64,000 nucleotides of DNA, taken from Candidatus Latescibacterota bacterium. GTDB lineage: Bacteria > Latescibacterota > UBA2968 > UBA8231. The notes under the pieces were generated by a model. That model worked only from the letters and a program-made list of their open reading frames with translations. It searched no databases and was not told where the DNA came from. The position numbers and the translations under genes were made by a program. The stretch covers positions 4,480,001-4,544,000 of the forward strand of contig CBDETK010000013.1 in assembly GCA_965242865.1 (NCBI GenBank), read 5' to 3'. Shown one piece after another: positions 1-8,370 of the stretch (within the stretch, counting starts at the first letter, position 1; each line of letters begins with the position of its first letter).

Positions 1-518
1 CCAGCGGCCCGGCCGACGAGCTGCCGTCCAACCCATTCACTTACGGCAACTGGGTCGATCCGCGCACCGGCAAAGCACCGCAGCGCTTGTCCATCTTCAA
101 GATCACGGTCAAAAACTACGAATACCCCAAAGTCAAGTTCGATCCGCTGACGGTCACCATTGAGTCGGCCAACGGCCGCCGCTACTACCCTTGGGGCTCC
201 TACGACGCCGAGGAGTACTTTCGGCGGTTTCCACTGGCCTTCAATGGATTGGGCCGGATGCGCTACAAAGAGCGCATCGCGATTTACAACCAAGCCAAGT
301 ACCCGGACGACGAGTTTTGCTTCTCGGGGCAAGAGGTCGAGGGGTACGTGGCCTTCTCCAAAATTCACGACGACGTCGCCGAGATCGTCTTCGTGATTGC
401 CGAATTGGGGCTGCGCTACGACTTCCGCAACCAACCCATAGAGACCATCGACCTCCGCTTCCGCTTCAAGCGCGATCTCAAGAAGGTCAAAAACATCGAA
501 AAGCTGGCGGCCCACTAG
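1..518 (+). CDS. hypothetical protein, 5'-partial
   Basis: Frame of ORF 87..518 stays open to the window start (SGPADELPSNPFTYGNWVDP...). Codon usage is protein-like and it ends 28 nt before the next gene. Confidence 0.75.
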   Translation, partial: SGPADELPSNPFTYGNWVDPRTGKAPQRLSIFKITVKNYEYPKVKFDPLTVTIESANGRRYYPWGSYDAEEYFRRFPLAFNGLGRMRYKERIAIYNQAKYPDDEFCFSGQEVEGYVAFSKIHDDVAEIVFVIAELGLRYDFRNQPIETIDLRFRFKRDLKKVKNIEKLAAH

Positions 519-546
519 CCGCACCCGCCGGGCTGGTGGCCGTTCC

Positions 547-3500
547 ATGCTGACCAAATTCCTCCTAGCCGCCACCGCGGCCTTCTTTCTGCTATCGGTC
601 ACGGCCTTTGATCCGGCCACCATTTCGCGCTGGATGGAGCGGGCCATCGGCTGGGAGCCGTTGCGCGAATCTCCGCCCACGGCCGAAGCATCCTCCCTGC
701 GCGACGCGGTCGCGCAAATAAACGCGGCCGCGCTAGAACGCCACCTCCGCGTCCTCACCGCAGATTCGTCCCGCGTCACCGGCTATGCCGGGGCCGCCCG
801 CGCCGCTCGCTACATCGAAGGGGAATTCCGCCGCCTCGGCCTGCAAGTCACCCGCGAATTGTTCCCGGTTTCCGTGCCCCGCGATCGCGGCGGGCGCCTG
901 CGCGTGGTCGGCGCGGACAAAACCATCCCCATCTACGGATTGTGGCCCAACCACGTGCGGCCCCCCTCCCTGCCACCGGGCGGCATCTCCGGTCCCCTCA
1001 TTGACTTGGGGCGCGGTAGCTTAGCCGAGATGGATGGGAAGCGGTTGGCCGGCAGCATCGCGCTGATGGGCTTTGGCTCGGGCAACGCCCACGTCCAAGC
1101 GCGGGCCTTGGGCGCCCAAGCCATTTTGCTGTACGACGATGGCCGCGTCACGCGCAGCGAGGCCGCGGAAAAGTTCCTCCAAGTGCCTGTGGACATCCCG
1201 CGCTTTTGGCTGGCAGGGGCCGACGCAAAAGCCCTGCGGCCGCAAGCGCGCACCGGCGACGTTGAGGTGCATCTGCAAGCGCAGCTGGACTGGGAGCAGG
1301 TCCAAGCGAGCAACCTATTCGCCGTCCTGCCGGGCTTGGCCGAGGACATGCCGCGCGGTCAGCGCCGCGAAATCGAGCAGTGGAGCGACCAAATCATCGT
1401 CCTGCAAGCACACTACGACGCCATCTCGGTGGTCCCCGCGCTGGCCCCGGGCGCCGAGAGCGCGACCGGCATGGCTGCGTTGCTCGAAATCGCGCGGTTG
1501 CTCGTCGCCGAGGGCACCCGCTACACCGTGCTCTTTTTGGCCACCCCCGGGCACTTTCAGGGCTTGGCCGGCGTCAACGATTTCCTCTACCGCCACGCAC
1601 GCGAAAGCGCGCATTTCCGCGACCAAATCCCGCCGGCCGAGCGCATTGACTTCCGCCTCTTCGTGGGGCTCGACTTGGCCAGCCACAGCCCCCGGGTCGG
1701 CGCCTTCACCATGGGCACGTTCTACAACTCGGCGTGGCGCAACGACGACTATCAAAAGAACCTGATGGCGCACTATGCCGCGCGCTTTGGCCGCTACAAC
1801 CGCGAGATTTTTGCGGACTCCACGCGCTACCAAGACGCCATTGCCCCGCAGAAGCGGGTGTGGAAAAACTTCATGCCCGTGCGGCTGGCCCTCGACAGCG
1901 AGGCCGCGGCCTTTGTGGGCAAGGAAGCCCTCTCCTTTGTCACGCCCAACCAACTGCGCCAGCGCGTGGATACGCCCCTCGACCGGCTCGAATTCGTCGC
2001 GCTCGACAACCTCGCCGAACAGACCCGCACCATCGCCGGGCTGCTGCTCAAGGCCGCTTCCGACCCGGACTTTTTCAACGACACCAAGCTGACCCTGCGC
2101 GATTGGGGGCACCGCCTAGAGGGCCACATCTACTGGTTTGACCGCGACGTAAACTTTGCCGTGCCCAAAGCACCCGTGCCCAACGCGCTCGTCACCTATC
2201 TCCAGCCCGGCCCCAACTCGGTGGCCGGCGTCCGCACCCTGATGGTCGCGCACGGCGACGAAACCGGCTACTTCGAGTTCGACATCGTGCGCAACCGCTT
2301 TGCCAACCGGATTCAAGCCTTTGAACTCAACGAATACGGCCGCATCGTCTCCGCGCCCGACCTCGGGGAGGAAGGCGACAAAACCTACCCAAGCACCCAG
2401 CCTTATGGGTGGTGGGAAAACCGCATGTTGCAGGTCTTGTTTCGCTGCCGCGCCCTGAGCTTTCTCGAGGTGGTCGATCCGCGCTATTTATCGGCCATGG
2501 ACCGCGTCAATGTCCTCGGCCCCAACGACGCGCCCCCGCGCTCCTTTTCCCTCAACTACATCGAAAACCAGAGCGCGGCGCAGGACCGGGTGGTGCAGGC
2601 CGGCGTGGTGTTTGCCGAGCCGGGCACTCGCGTCAAAATCCTCGCCGGCGAGCGCGCCTTTGGCGGCGAGAGCGCGCTCGCCGGGGTGCGCTACCTGCTC
2701 ACCAACGCGGACTCCGCCCTGTTCGCCGACCTCGACCCGGCCGGCGTTGATCTGGCGACCATTGAGCGGGCGCAGGGCGCAGGCTTCCCGATCGAACAGG
2801 GCCTCATCCCCTACCCGGCCCTGCAGGCGGCCCGCGACCTCTGGATCATCGACGAGGCGCGGATCAAGCAGATGGTGCGCCACGGCATCGTCCTCGAACA
2901 ACTCCAAGCCATGCACGAGCAAGCGCGGGAGGCCCTGCTCGAAGCGAGCGACAAACTCGCGGCGTTTGACTACACAGGCTACCAACGCGCCGTGCGCCGC
3001 GCCCTCGGGCTAGAGGCCCGCATCTACCCGCAAGTCAAGGCCACCGCCAACGACGCCGTCCGCGCCGTCATTTTCTACTTCGCGCTCCTGTTGCCCTTTG
3101 CCTTCTTCTGCGAGCGGTTCTTCTTGGGCTTCCCGGATGTGCGGCGGCAAATCGCCGGCTTTGTCGGCATCTTCATCTTGGTGTTTTTGATCCTGCGCTT
3201 CGTCCATCCGGCCTTTAAGTTGAGCACCTCGCCGTACATCATCTTCCTCGCGTTTGTCATCCTCGCCTTGGGCGTCCTCGTAATTTTCATCGTCGTCTCG
3301 CGCTTCAAGGGGCTTTTGCAACGGCGCAAGGGCGCGGCCGCCGGCATGCACGAGACCGACGTGGGGCGCGTGGCCGCGGGGTTTGCGGCCGTGCTGCTGG
3401 GCATTTCCAACTTGAGCAAGCGCCGCCTGCGCACCGCGCTGACGGCCGCGACCCTGACCTTTTTGACCTTTACCGTCAATTCCTTTACCTCGGTCAAGTC

Positions 3501-5136
3501 CAGCCTCGACTTCTATCGCCTGCCGCGCGACACCGCTCCCCGGTACGAGGGGGGCCTCATCCGCGACCGCGCTTGGCGCGGCATGCAGGATTCCATCTTG
3601 GACTATGTGCAGAGTGCTTTCGGCGATCGCGCCTTGGTCGTGCCGCGCGCCTGGTACTTGTCGCCGGTCGAATCCGAACGGGCGTACATCGACTTTGCCG
3701 TGCCCGCGACCGGCGCGGCCAGTTTTGTCCACGGCTTGGTGGGCCTGCAGCCGGCCGAAGCCCGCGTGACGGGCCTCGACGCGCACGTCTCAGCCGGTCG
3801 CTTTTTTGCGGCCGGCGACGACAAGGTCGTCATCTTGCCCGACAGCCTCGCCGCGCTCGTCGGCATTGGGGCCGAGCAGGTGGGCACCGCAACCATCGCG
3901 CTCTACGGCGAGGAGTACCGAGTCATCGGCCTGTTCGACAGCGCGGCCCTGAAAGAAGTGGTCGATCTCGACGGCGAGCGGCTAACGCCCGTCGATACGG
4001 TCAAAGACGCTGGGCTGATCGCACGCGAGAGCACTGAAGACCCGCGCACCTTGGCCGCGACCGCGGTTGAGACCTTCAACCACCTCGACGTGGTCAACAC
4101 CCTCTTCTTGCCCTACCCGCGCGTCCGCGCCATGGAGGGCCGCTTGCGCTCCATCGCCATTGCCGCGGACGCGGACGACCCGCAATTCGTCCGGCGCGTG
4201 GAGTCCTTTATGTCGCGGGTGGCCCTGACCCTGTTCGTCGGCCAAGGCGACCGCGTCGTGGCGTACAGCTCAATCGGCTCCACCGAAATAAGCGGGGCCG
4301 GCCAGCTTTTGGTGCCCGTGATCATTGCCGCCCTGATCGTGCTCAATACCATGATGGGGGCCGTGTACGAGCGCGTGCGCGAAATCGGCATCTACAGCGT
4401 GGTCGGCTTGGCCCCCAGCCACATCGGCCTGCTGTTTTTGGCCGAGTCCACGGTCTTTGCCACCTTTGGCGCGGTGGTCGGGTACGCCTTGGGCCAAATC
4501 GCCCATCTGTTCATGCTACAATACGGGCTGCTCGCCGGCCTGACCCTCAACTACTCGTCGCTTTCGGCGGTGTGGGCTACGGTCGTGGTCATCGGCACGG
4601 TCTATTTATCGACCTTGTATCCAGCGCGCTTGGCCGCCAACCTAGCGGTCCCCGACGTGACGCGGCAATGGCAATTCCCCCCGCCGGTGGGCGATCACTG
4701 GCGCTTTGACTTTCCCTTTACGGTCGGCGGGGCCGAGGTGCCGAGCATGTACGCGTATCTCAAGTCGGTCTTTGCCGCGTACGGCGAAGGCTCCATCGGC
4801 GACTTCATCGCCCGCGACGTCGAGCTATCCATCGCCACCGACGGGCCGGAGCCATCCTACGCCATTGCCATGCGTACTTGGCTGGCCCCCTACGACCTAG
4901 GGATCAGCCAAAAGGTGCGCTTGCAGGCGACGCCCACCGGCGAGCACCGCATCTACAAGATCGAGACCCACATCGAGCGTCTCAGCGGGGATGTGGCCTC
5001 GTGGCAGCGCATGAATCGCAAATTCCTCAATGTGCTGCGCAAGCGATTCTTGGTGTGGCGCACCTTGTCGCCCGGGATCCGCCAAGGGTATCGGGACGCG
5101 GCCGAACAGGCGTTTGCCGAGGCGGGGCCGCCGTAG
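547..5136 (+). CDS. M28-peptidase-like (degenerate) / FtsX-MacB-like permease fusion protein
   Basis: N-terminal signal, PA-like region, M28-like QAHYD...APGAESATG segment. C-terminal NLSKRRLRTALT and LNTMMGAVYERVREIGIYSVVG FtsX motifs, with several TM blocks. Confidence 0.85.
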   Translation: MLTKFLLAATAAFFLLSVTAFDPATISRWMERAIGWEPLRESPPTAEASSLRDAVAQINAAALERHLRVLTADSSRVTGYAGAARAARYIEGEFRRLGLQVTRELFPVSVPRDRGGRLRVVGADKTIPIYGLWPNHVRPPSLPPGGISGPLIDLGRGSLAEMDGKRLAGSIALMGFGSGNAHVQARALGAQAILLYDDGRVTRSEAAEKFLQVPVDIPRFWLAGADAKALRPQARTGDVEVHLQAQLDWEQVQASNLFAVLPGLAEDMPRGQRREIEQWSDQIIVLQAHYDAISVVPALAPGAESATGMAALLEIARLLVAEGTRYTVLFLATPGHFQGLAGVNDFLYRHARESAHFRDQIPPAERIDFRLFVGLDLASHSPRVGAFTMGTFYNSAWRNDDYQKNLMAHYAARFGRYNREIFADSTRYQDAIAPQKRVWKNFMPVRLALDSEAAAFVGKEALSFVTPNQLRQRVDTPLDRLEFVALDNLAEQTRTIAGLLLKAASDPDFFNDTKLTLRDWGHRLEGHIYWFDRDVNFAVPKAPVPNALVTYLQPGPNSVAGVRTLMVAHGDETGYFEFDIVRNRFANRIQAFELNEYGRIVSAPDLGEEGDKTYPSTQPYGWWENRMLQVLFRCRALSFLEVVDPRYLSAMDRVNVLGPNDAPPRSFSLNYIENQSAAQDRVVQAGVVFAEPGTRVKILAGERAFGGESALAGVRYLLTNADSALFADLDPAGVDLATIERAQGAGFPIEQGLIPYPALQAARDLWIIDEARIKQMVRHGIVLEQLQAMHEQAREALLEASDKLAAFDYTGYQRAVRRALGLEARIYPQVKATANDAVRAVIFYFALLLPFAFFCERFFLGFPDVRRQIAGFVGIFILVFLILRFVHPAFKLSTSPYIIFLAFVILALGVLVIFIVVSRFKGLLQRRKGAAAGMHETDVGRVAAGFAAVLLGISNLSKRRLRTALTAATLTFLTFTVNSFTSVKSSLDFYRLPRDTAPRYEGGLIRDRAWRGMQDSILDYVQSAFGDRALVVPRAWYLSPVESERAYIDFAVPATGAASFVHGLVGLQPAEARVTGLDAHVSAGRFFAAGDDKVVILPDSLAALVGIGAEQVGTATIALYGEEYRVIGLFDSAALKEVVDLDGERLTPVDTVKDAGLIARESTEDPRTLAATAVETFNHLDVVNTLFLPYPRVRAMEGRLRSIAIAADADDPQFVRRVESFMSRVALTLFVGQGDRVVAYSSIGSTEISGAGQLLVPVIIAALIVLNTMMGAVYERVREIGIYSVVGLAPSHIGLLFLAESTVFATFGAVVGYALGQIAHLFMLQYGLLAGLTLNYSSLSAVWATVVVIGTVYLSTLYPARLAANLAVPDVTRQWQFPPPVGDHWRFDFPFTVGGAEVPSMYAYLKSVFAAYGEGSIGDFIARDVELSIATDGPEPSYAIAMRTWLAPYDLGISQKVRLQATPTGEHRIYKIETHIERLSGDVASWQRMNRKFLNVLRKRFLVWRTLSPGIRQGYRDAAEQAFAEAGPP

Positions 5137-5144
5137 GAAAAGCT

Positions 5145-6128
5145 GTGCGCGAAAAGCCGCCCTATACCATCTCATCCGATATTCTCTTTCGCATTGAACA
5201 AATCGGCGAAGCGATTGGCCGGGCCGAGGCCGCGGGCCTTGCGCAGGATTTGCGCTTGCGACGCATCAATCGCATCCGCACGATTTGTGGCTCGCTCGCC
5301 ATTGAAGGCAACATCCTCAGCGAGGAGCAAATCTCCACGATTCTCGACGGCAAGCCCGTCGTCGCCCCCCCGAGAGACATTCGGGAAGTCCGCAACGCCA
5401 TTGCGGCCTACGATCAATACCAGCAATGCAGCCCCGCCAGCGAGGCCGACCTGTTGCGCCTGCACGAAATTTTGCTGACCGGCCTATTGGACGCGCCCGG
5501 CCCATATCGCCGCACTGGCGTAGGCGTTATGGGCGGCGGCGAAATCCATCACGTCGGCCCGCCCGCCCAGCGCGTACCGCAACTCATGGCGAATTTGTTG
5601 GCGTGGCTGGGCAGCACCGATGAGCATCCGCTCATTGCCAGTTCGGTCTTCCATTACGAGCTCGAGTTCATTCACCCCTTTGAGGACGGCAACGGTCGGA
5701 TGGGGCGGCTCTGGCAGACTCTGATTCTGACCCGCTGGAAACCCCTGTTTGCCCACATCCCGGTGGAGAGTATGGTTCACATTCGCCAAGGCGACTACTA
5801 CGAAGCGATCAGGCAGAGTTCGACCGCCGGCGAGAGTACGCCGTTTATTGGGTTCATGCAGGACATTATTCTGGAGGCCCTCCAGTCTTCCGCAATAAGC
5901 GACCAAGTAAGCGACCAAGTAGCGCGGCTACTCAGGGCCCTGCGGACCGGCCCGAAAACCGCCGCCGAACTCATGGCGGCTCTGGGGCTGTCGCATCGTC
6001 CTACATTCCGCAAAAACTACATTCGCCCGGCCCTAGCCGCCGGGCTGGTGGAAATGACCCGCCCGGGATCGCCCACCGCGAAAAACCAAAAGTATCGGCT
6101 CACTACACGCGGACGGGAGCTGCGCTGA
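5145..6128 (+). CDS. Fic family protein with C-terminal HTH
   Basis: HPFEDGNGRMGR Fic motif and GSLAIEGN inhibitory motif. GTG start at 5145 follows AGGAA; the longer ORF track start overlaps the upstream gene. Confidence 0.9.
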   Translation: MREKPPYTISSDILFRIEQIGEAIGRAEAAGLAQDLRLRRINRIRTICGSLAIEGNILSEEQISTILDGKPVVAPPRDIREVRNAIAAYDQYQQCSPASEADLLRLHEILLTGLLDAPGPYRRTGVGVMGGGEIHHVGPPAQRVPQLMANLLAWLGSTDEHPLIASSVFHYELEFIHPFEDGNGRMGRLWQTLILTRWKPLFAHIPVESMVHIRQGDYYEAIRQSSTAGESTPFIGFMQDIILEALQSSAISDQVSDQVARLLRALRTGPKTAAELMAALGLSHRPTFRKNYIRPALAAGLVEMTRPGSPTAKNQKYRLTTRGRELR

Positions 6129-6143
6129 GATCTGTCTGCGCCC

Positions 6144-6196
6144 TTGACAAAGCCCCGCCACCAAAATAGGCTTAACTTAACTTAGCTATCGGAGAG
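6144..6196 (+). promoter_or_regulatory. sigma70-type promoter with AT-rich operator-like repeats and RBS
   Basis: TTGACA (6144-6149), 17 bp spacer, TAGGCT (6167-6172), then TAACTTAACTTAGCTA and GGAGAG RBS before ATG 6203. Confidence 0.65.
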
Positions 6197-6202
6197 TTCG
6201 CC

Positions 6203-6283
6203 ATGGTGAACATGCCCGAGGTCAAATCGCAGCTTTCGCGCCAAGGGAAGCTACTCGCCATAATTGCCGCCATCTCTCGTTAA
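6203..6283 (+). pseudogene. N-terminal stub of a Phd/YefM (VapB-type) antitoxin
   Basis: Translates MVNMPEVKSQLSRQGKLLAIIAAISR*, resembling the Phd N-terminus (VNxHEAKxxLSRL...GKPVAxL). Good RBS. Confidence 0.6.
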
Positions 6284-6358
6284 CGGAGCATCTCCGATTG
6301 ACCTGCCAAAGTGCCAATGGCATTTTAGGCTACAAATCCCTCACTCAATAGCGAAAGG

Positions 6359-7123
6359 ATGCTACTCATGCCAGCCACAGCACGTCAAATGGTTCAACCT
6401 ATCTCAGCCACAATGGACACCGTAACAGCAACAGTGTTTAGTGATCGTCGTACTATTCAAGCTCCCGACATCGCTTTGCCCAAAGCTCTAAAGCCCAACA
6501 CTCGTGTGAAGATGGACGGATTAAAGTTTCTCGGTTTACTACCCTTAGAAAGCATCCCAGTGGCTTTTTTCGATCCACAATATCGAGGAGTGCTTGATAA
6601 GCTGTCCTATGGAAATGAAGGCCAGCAACGTGGAAAACGGCGGTACGCGCTCATGCAAATGAGCGAGGCGGATATTACCAAATTCATACAGGGGATTGAC
6701 CGTGCGCTTATCCCATCCGGCCACTTGTTTTTGTGGATGGATAAATTTCACCTCTGTCAGGGTTTCAAGAATTGGATTGACTCGACGGACTTAGATGTTG
6801 TGGATCTAATCTCTTGGGACAAGGGCAAGCTCGGTATGGGCTACCGCTCGCGCCGAATTACGGAATACTGCGTCGTTCTGCAAAAGCAACCCCGTAAGGC
6901 AAAAGGGGTTTGGAAAGTTCACAACATTCCCGATACATGGCGCGAAAAAGTGGTTAAGACAGTGCATCCACACACAAAGCCCATAGACCTACAAGGCGAA
7001 TTAATTTGTGCGGTATCTAATGAGGGGGATTATGTGATTGACCCTGCGGCTGGTTCCTTCTCAGTAATGGAGGCAGCCCAGTTACGCGGCCGCAACTTCT
7101 TAGGGTGTGATTTGGAGGGATAA
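6359..7123 (+). CDS. site-specific DNA methyltransferase (amino-MTase, beta order)
   Basis: Catalytic-type FFDPQY motif near the N-terminus, HPHTKP, and SAM-binding VIDPAAGSFS near the C-terminus. Lower GC than the flanks. Confidence 0.9.
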   Translation: MLLMPATARQMVQPISATMDTVTATVFSDRRTIQAPDIALPKALKPNTRVKMDGLKFLGLLPLESIPVAFFDPQYRGVLDKLSYGNEGQQRGKRRYALMQMSEADITKFIQGIDRALIPSGHLFLWMDKFHLCQGFKNWIDSTDLDVVDLISWDKGKLGMGYRSRRITEYCVVLQKQPRKAKGVWKVHNIPDTWREKVVKTVHPHTKPIDLQGELICAVSNEGDYVIDPAAGSFSVMEAAQLRGRNFLGCDLEG

Positions 7124-7124
7124 T

Positions 7125-7910
7125 ATGGCACTTATCCGTAACGCCGCGCCCAAGAACGTCTCGGGGGCTTATGTGCGGCTGTTTGATAACCACGAACTAG
7201 GAACATTAGTCAGTAAGTTGCAGTCCACCGTCATCTCTTCAGGCAGCGAACTAGAAAAAATTATCACGAAGCAGGTGGAGAACATCCCCGATCTGGATGC
7301 GTTCCTAGAGCAAGAAATTATGCCTGAAGGAGTCTATATGGCCTGCAAGCAACAGATGAAGCAATCGAAGACCTTGGATTTCTCAGAGGCCGAGCCAGAC
7401 TTTATGATTTTCAAGCGGCGCGAAAATCGACAACGCTGCCATATCGTAGAGTTAAAGGATGGCCATGTCTTTGATACTAAAAAAGCCAGCGCGGAACGAC
7501 AAGCCATGCACGGCTTTACTGAGCGAAATGCTCTACATCTACCGTACGTGGTATCATGCCATTTCTGTGCATTCAATCAGGAAGACAAAGAGGCAATCCT
7601 AACAGGTTTCAAGAACAAGATAACCCGAGACGAAGTCATGACAGGCCGCGAGTTTTGTGAGTTGCTGGAAATTGACTACCACCAGATTGTCTCCAGCCGA
7701 TTAAGCGAGGGAGCAGCCAATCTTGACTATTTTTGCCGTGAGTTAGTCAAAATACCAGCCGTCCGAGAACGCTTGGGGCGGCTGATTAAAGAGGAACGTC
7801 AGCCTGGTGGGCTAGAGGGAAAAATTTGGCTGTCTCCAGACTTCGATGAGCCCGATGAAGAACTCATAGAACTGATTGAGAACTCGAAAATTTTCCCAGA
7901 TGAGGATTAG
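7125..7910 (+). CDS. putative type II restriction endonuclease (PD-(D/E)XK) with VapB-like C-terminal tail
   Basis: EPDFMIF...HIVELKDG motif, starting 1 nt after the MTase stop. The last ~39 aa (ERQPGGLEGKIWLSPDFDEPDEEL...) resemble an antitoxin C-terminus. Confidence 0.75.
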   Translation: MALIRNAAPKNVSGAYVRLFDNHELGTLVSKLQSTVISSGSELEKIITKQVENIPDLDAFLEQEIMPEGVYMACKQQMKQSKTLDFSEAEPDFMIFKRRENRQRCHIVELKDGHVFDTKKASAERQAMHGFTERNALHLPYVVSCHFCAFNQEDKEAILTGFKNKITRDEVMTGREFCELLEIDYHQIVSSRLSEGAANLDYFCRELVKIPAVRERLGRLIKEERQPGGLEGKIWLSPDFDEPDEELIELIENSKIFPDED

Positions 7911-7912
7911 CC

Positions 7913-8293
7913 ATGTCGCGGCTACTGTTGGATACCCACCCCCTTTTATGGTGGCTATCCGATGTGGAGCAACTGGCCGAAGATGCCCGGGCCGCAATTG
8001 CCGACCCGCACAATGACGTTTTCGTCAGTGCCATCACCGGGTGGGAAATCGCGGTCAAGCAAGCCAAGGGTCGCTTGGTCGCTCCAGACAATCTGTCGAT
8101 GTTGATTGAGCAAAAGGGCTTTACCCACCTTCCGCTGACGTTCCAGCACGCCGAGCAGGCCGGCCGCCTCCCGTTGCACCACCGGGATCCATTCGATCGG
8201 TTCCTGATTGCCCAAGCTCAGGCCGAAGGGCTGATCCTCGTGACTCGGGATGGCCTCATTCGGCGATACGACGTGGCCATCATGAAGGTTTGA
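7913..8293 (+). CDS. vapC: VapC family PIN-domain toxin
   Basis: LLLDTHPLLWW, SAITGWEIAVK, HRDPFDRFLIAQA and LVTRD: the conserved acidic PIN residues are intact. Confidence 0.92.
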   Translation: MSRLLLDTHPLLWWLSDVEQLAEDARAAIADPHNDVFVSAITGWEIAVKQAKGRLVAPDNLSMLIEQKGFTHLPLTFQHAEQAGRLPLHHRDPFDRFLIAQAQAEGLILVTRDGLIRRYDVAIMKV

Positions 8294-8370
8294 GCCCGTG
8301 AAGCGTCGCCAGCAGATCGAGGAGGCATGAGGCCAATCCTCAACGCGCTTCGCGCCAGCGCACCGCTAGC

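Noticed and set aside
4878-5144. N-terminal extension of the Fic ORF
   Set aside because: It overlaps the FtsX fusion in another frame, and a GTG start with RBS exists at 5145.
5896-5920. 12-bp tandem repeat in fic (SDQV x2)
   Set aside because: Short in-frame linker repeats are common before the HTH of Fic proteins.
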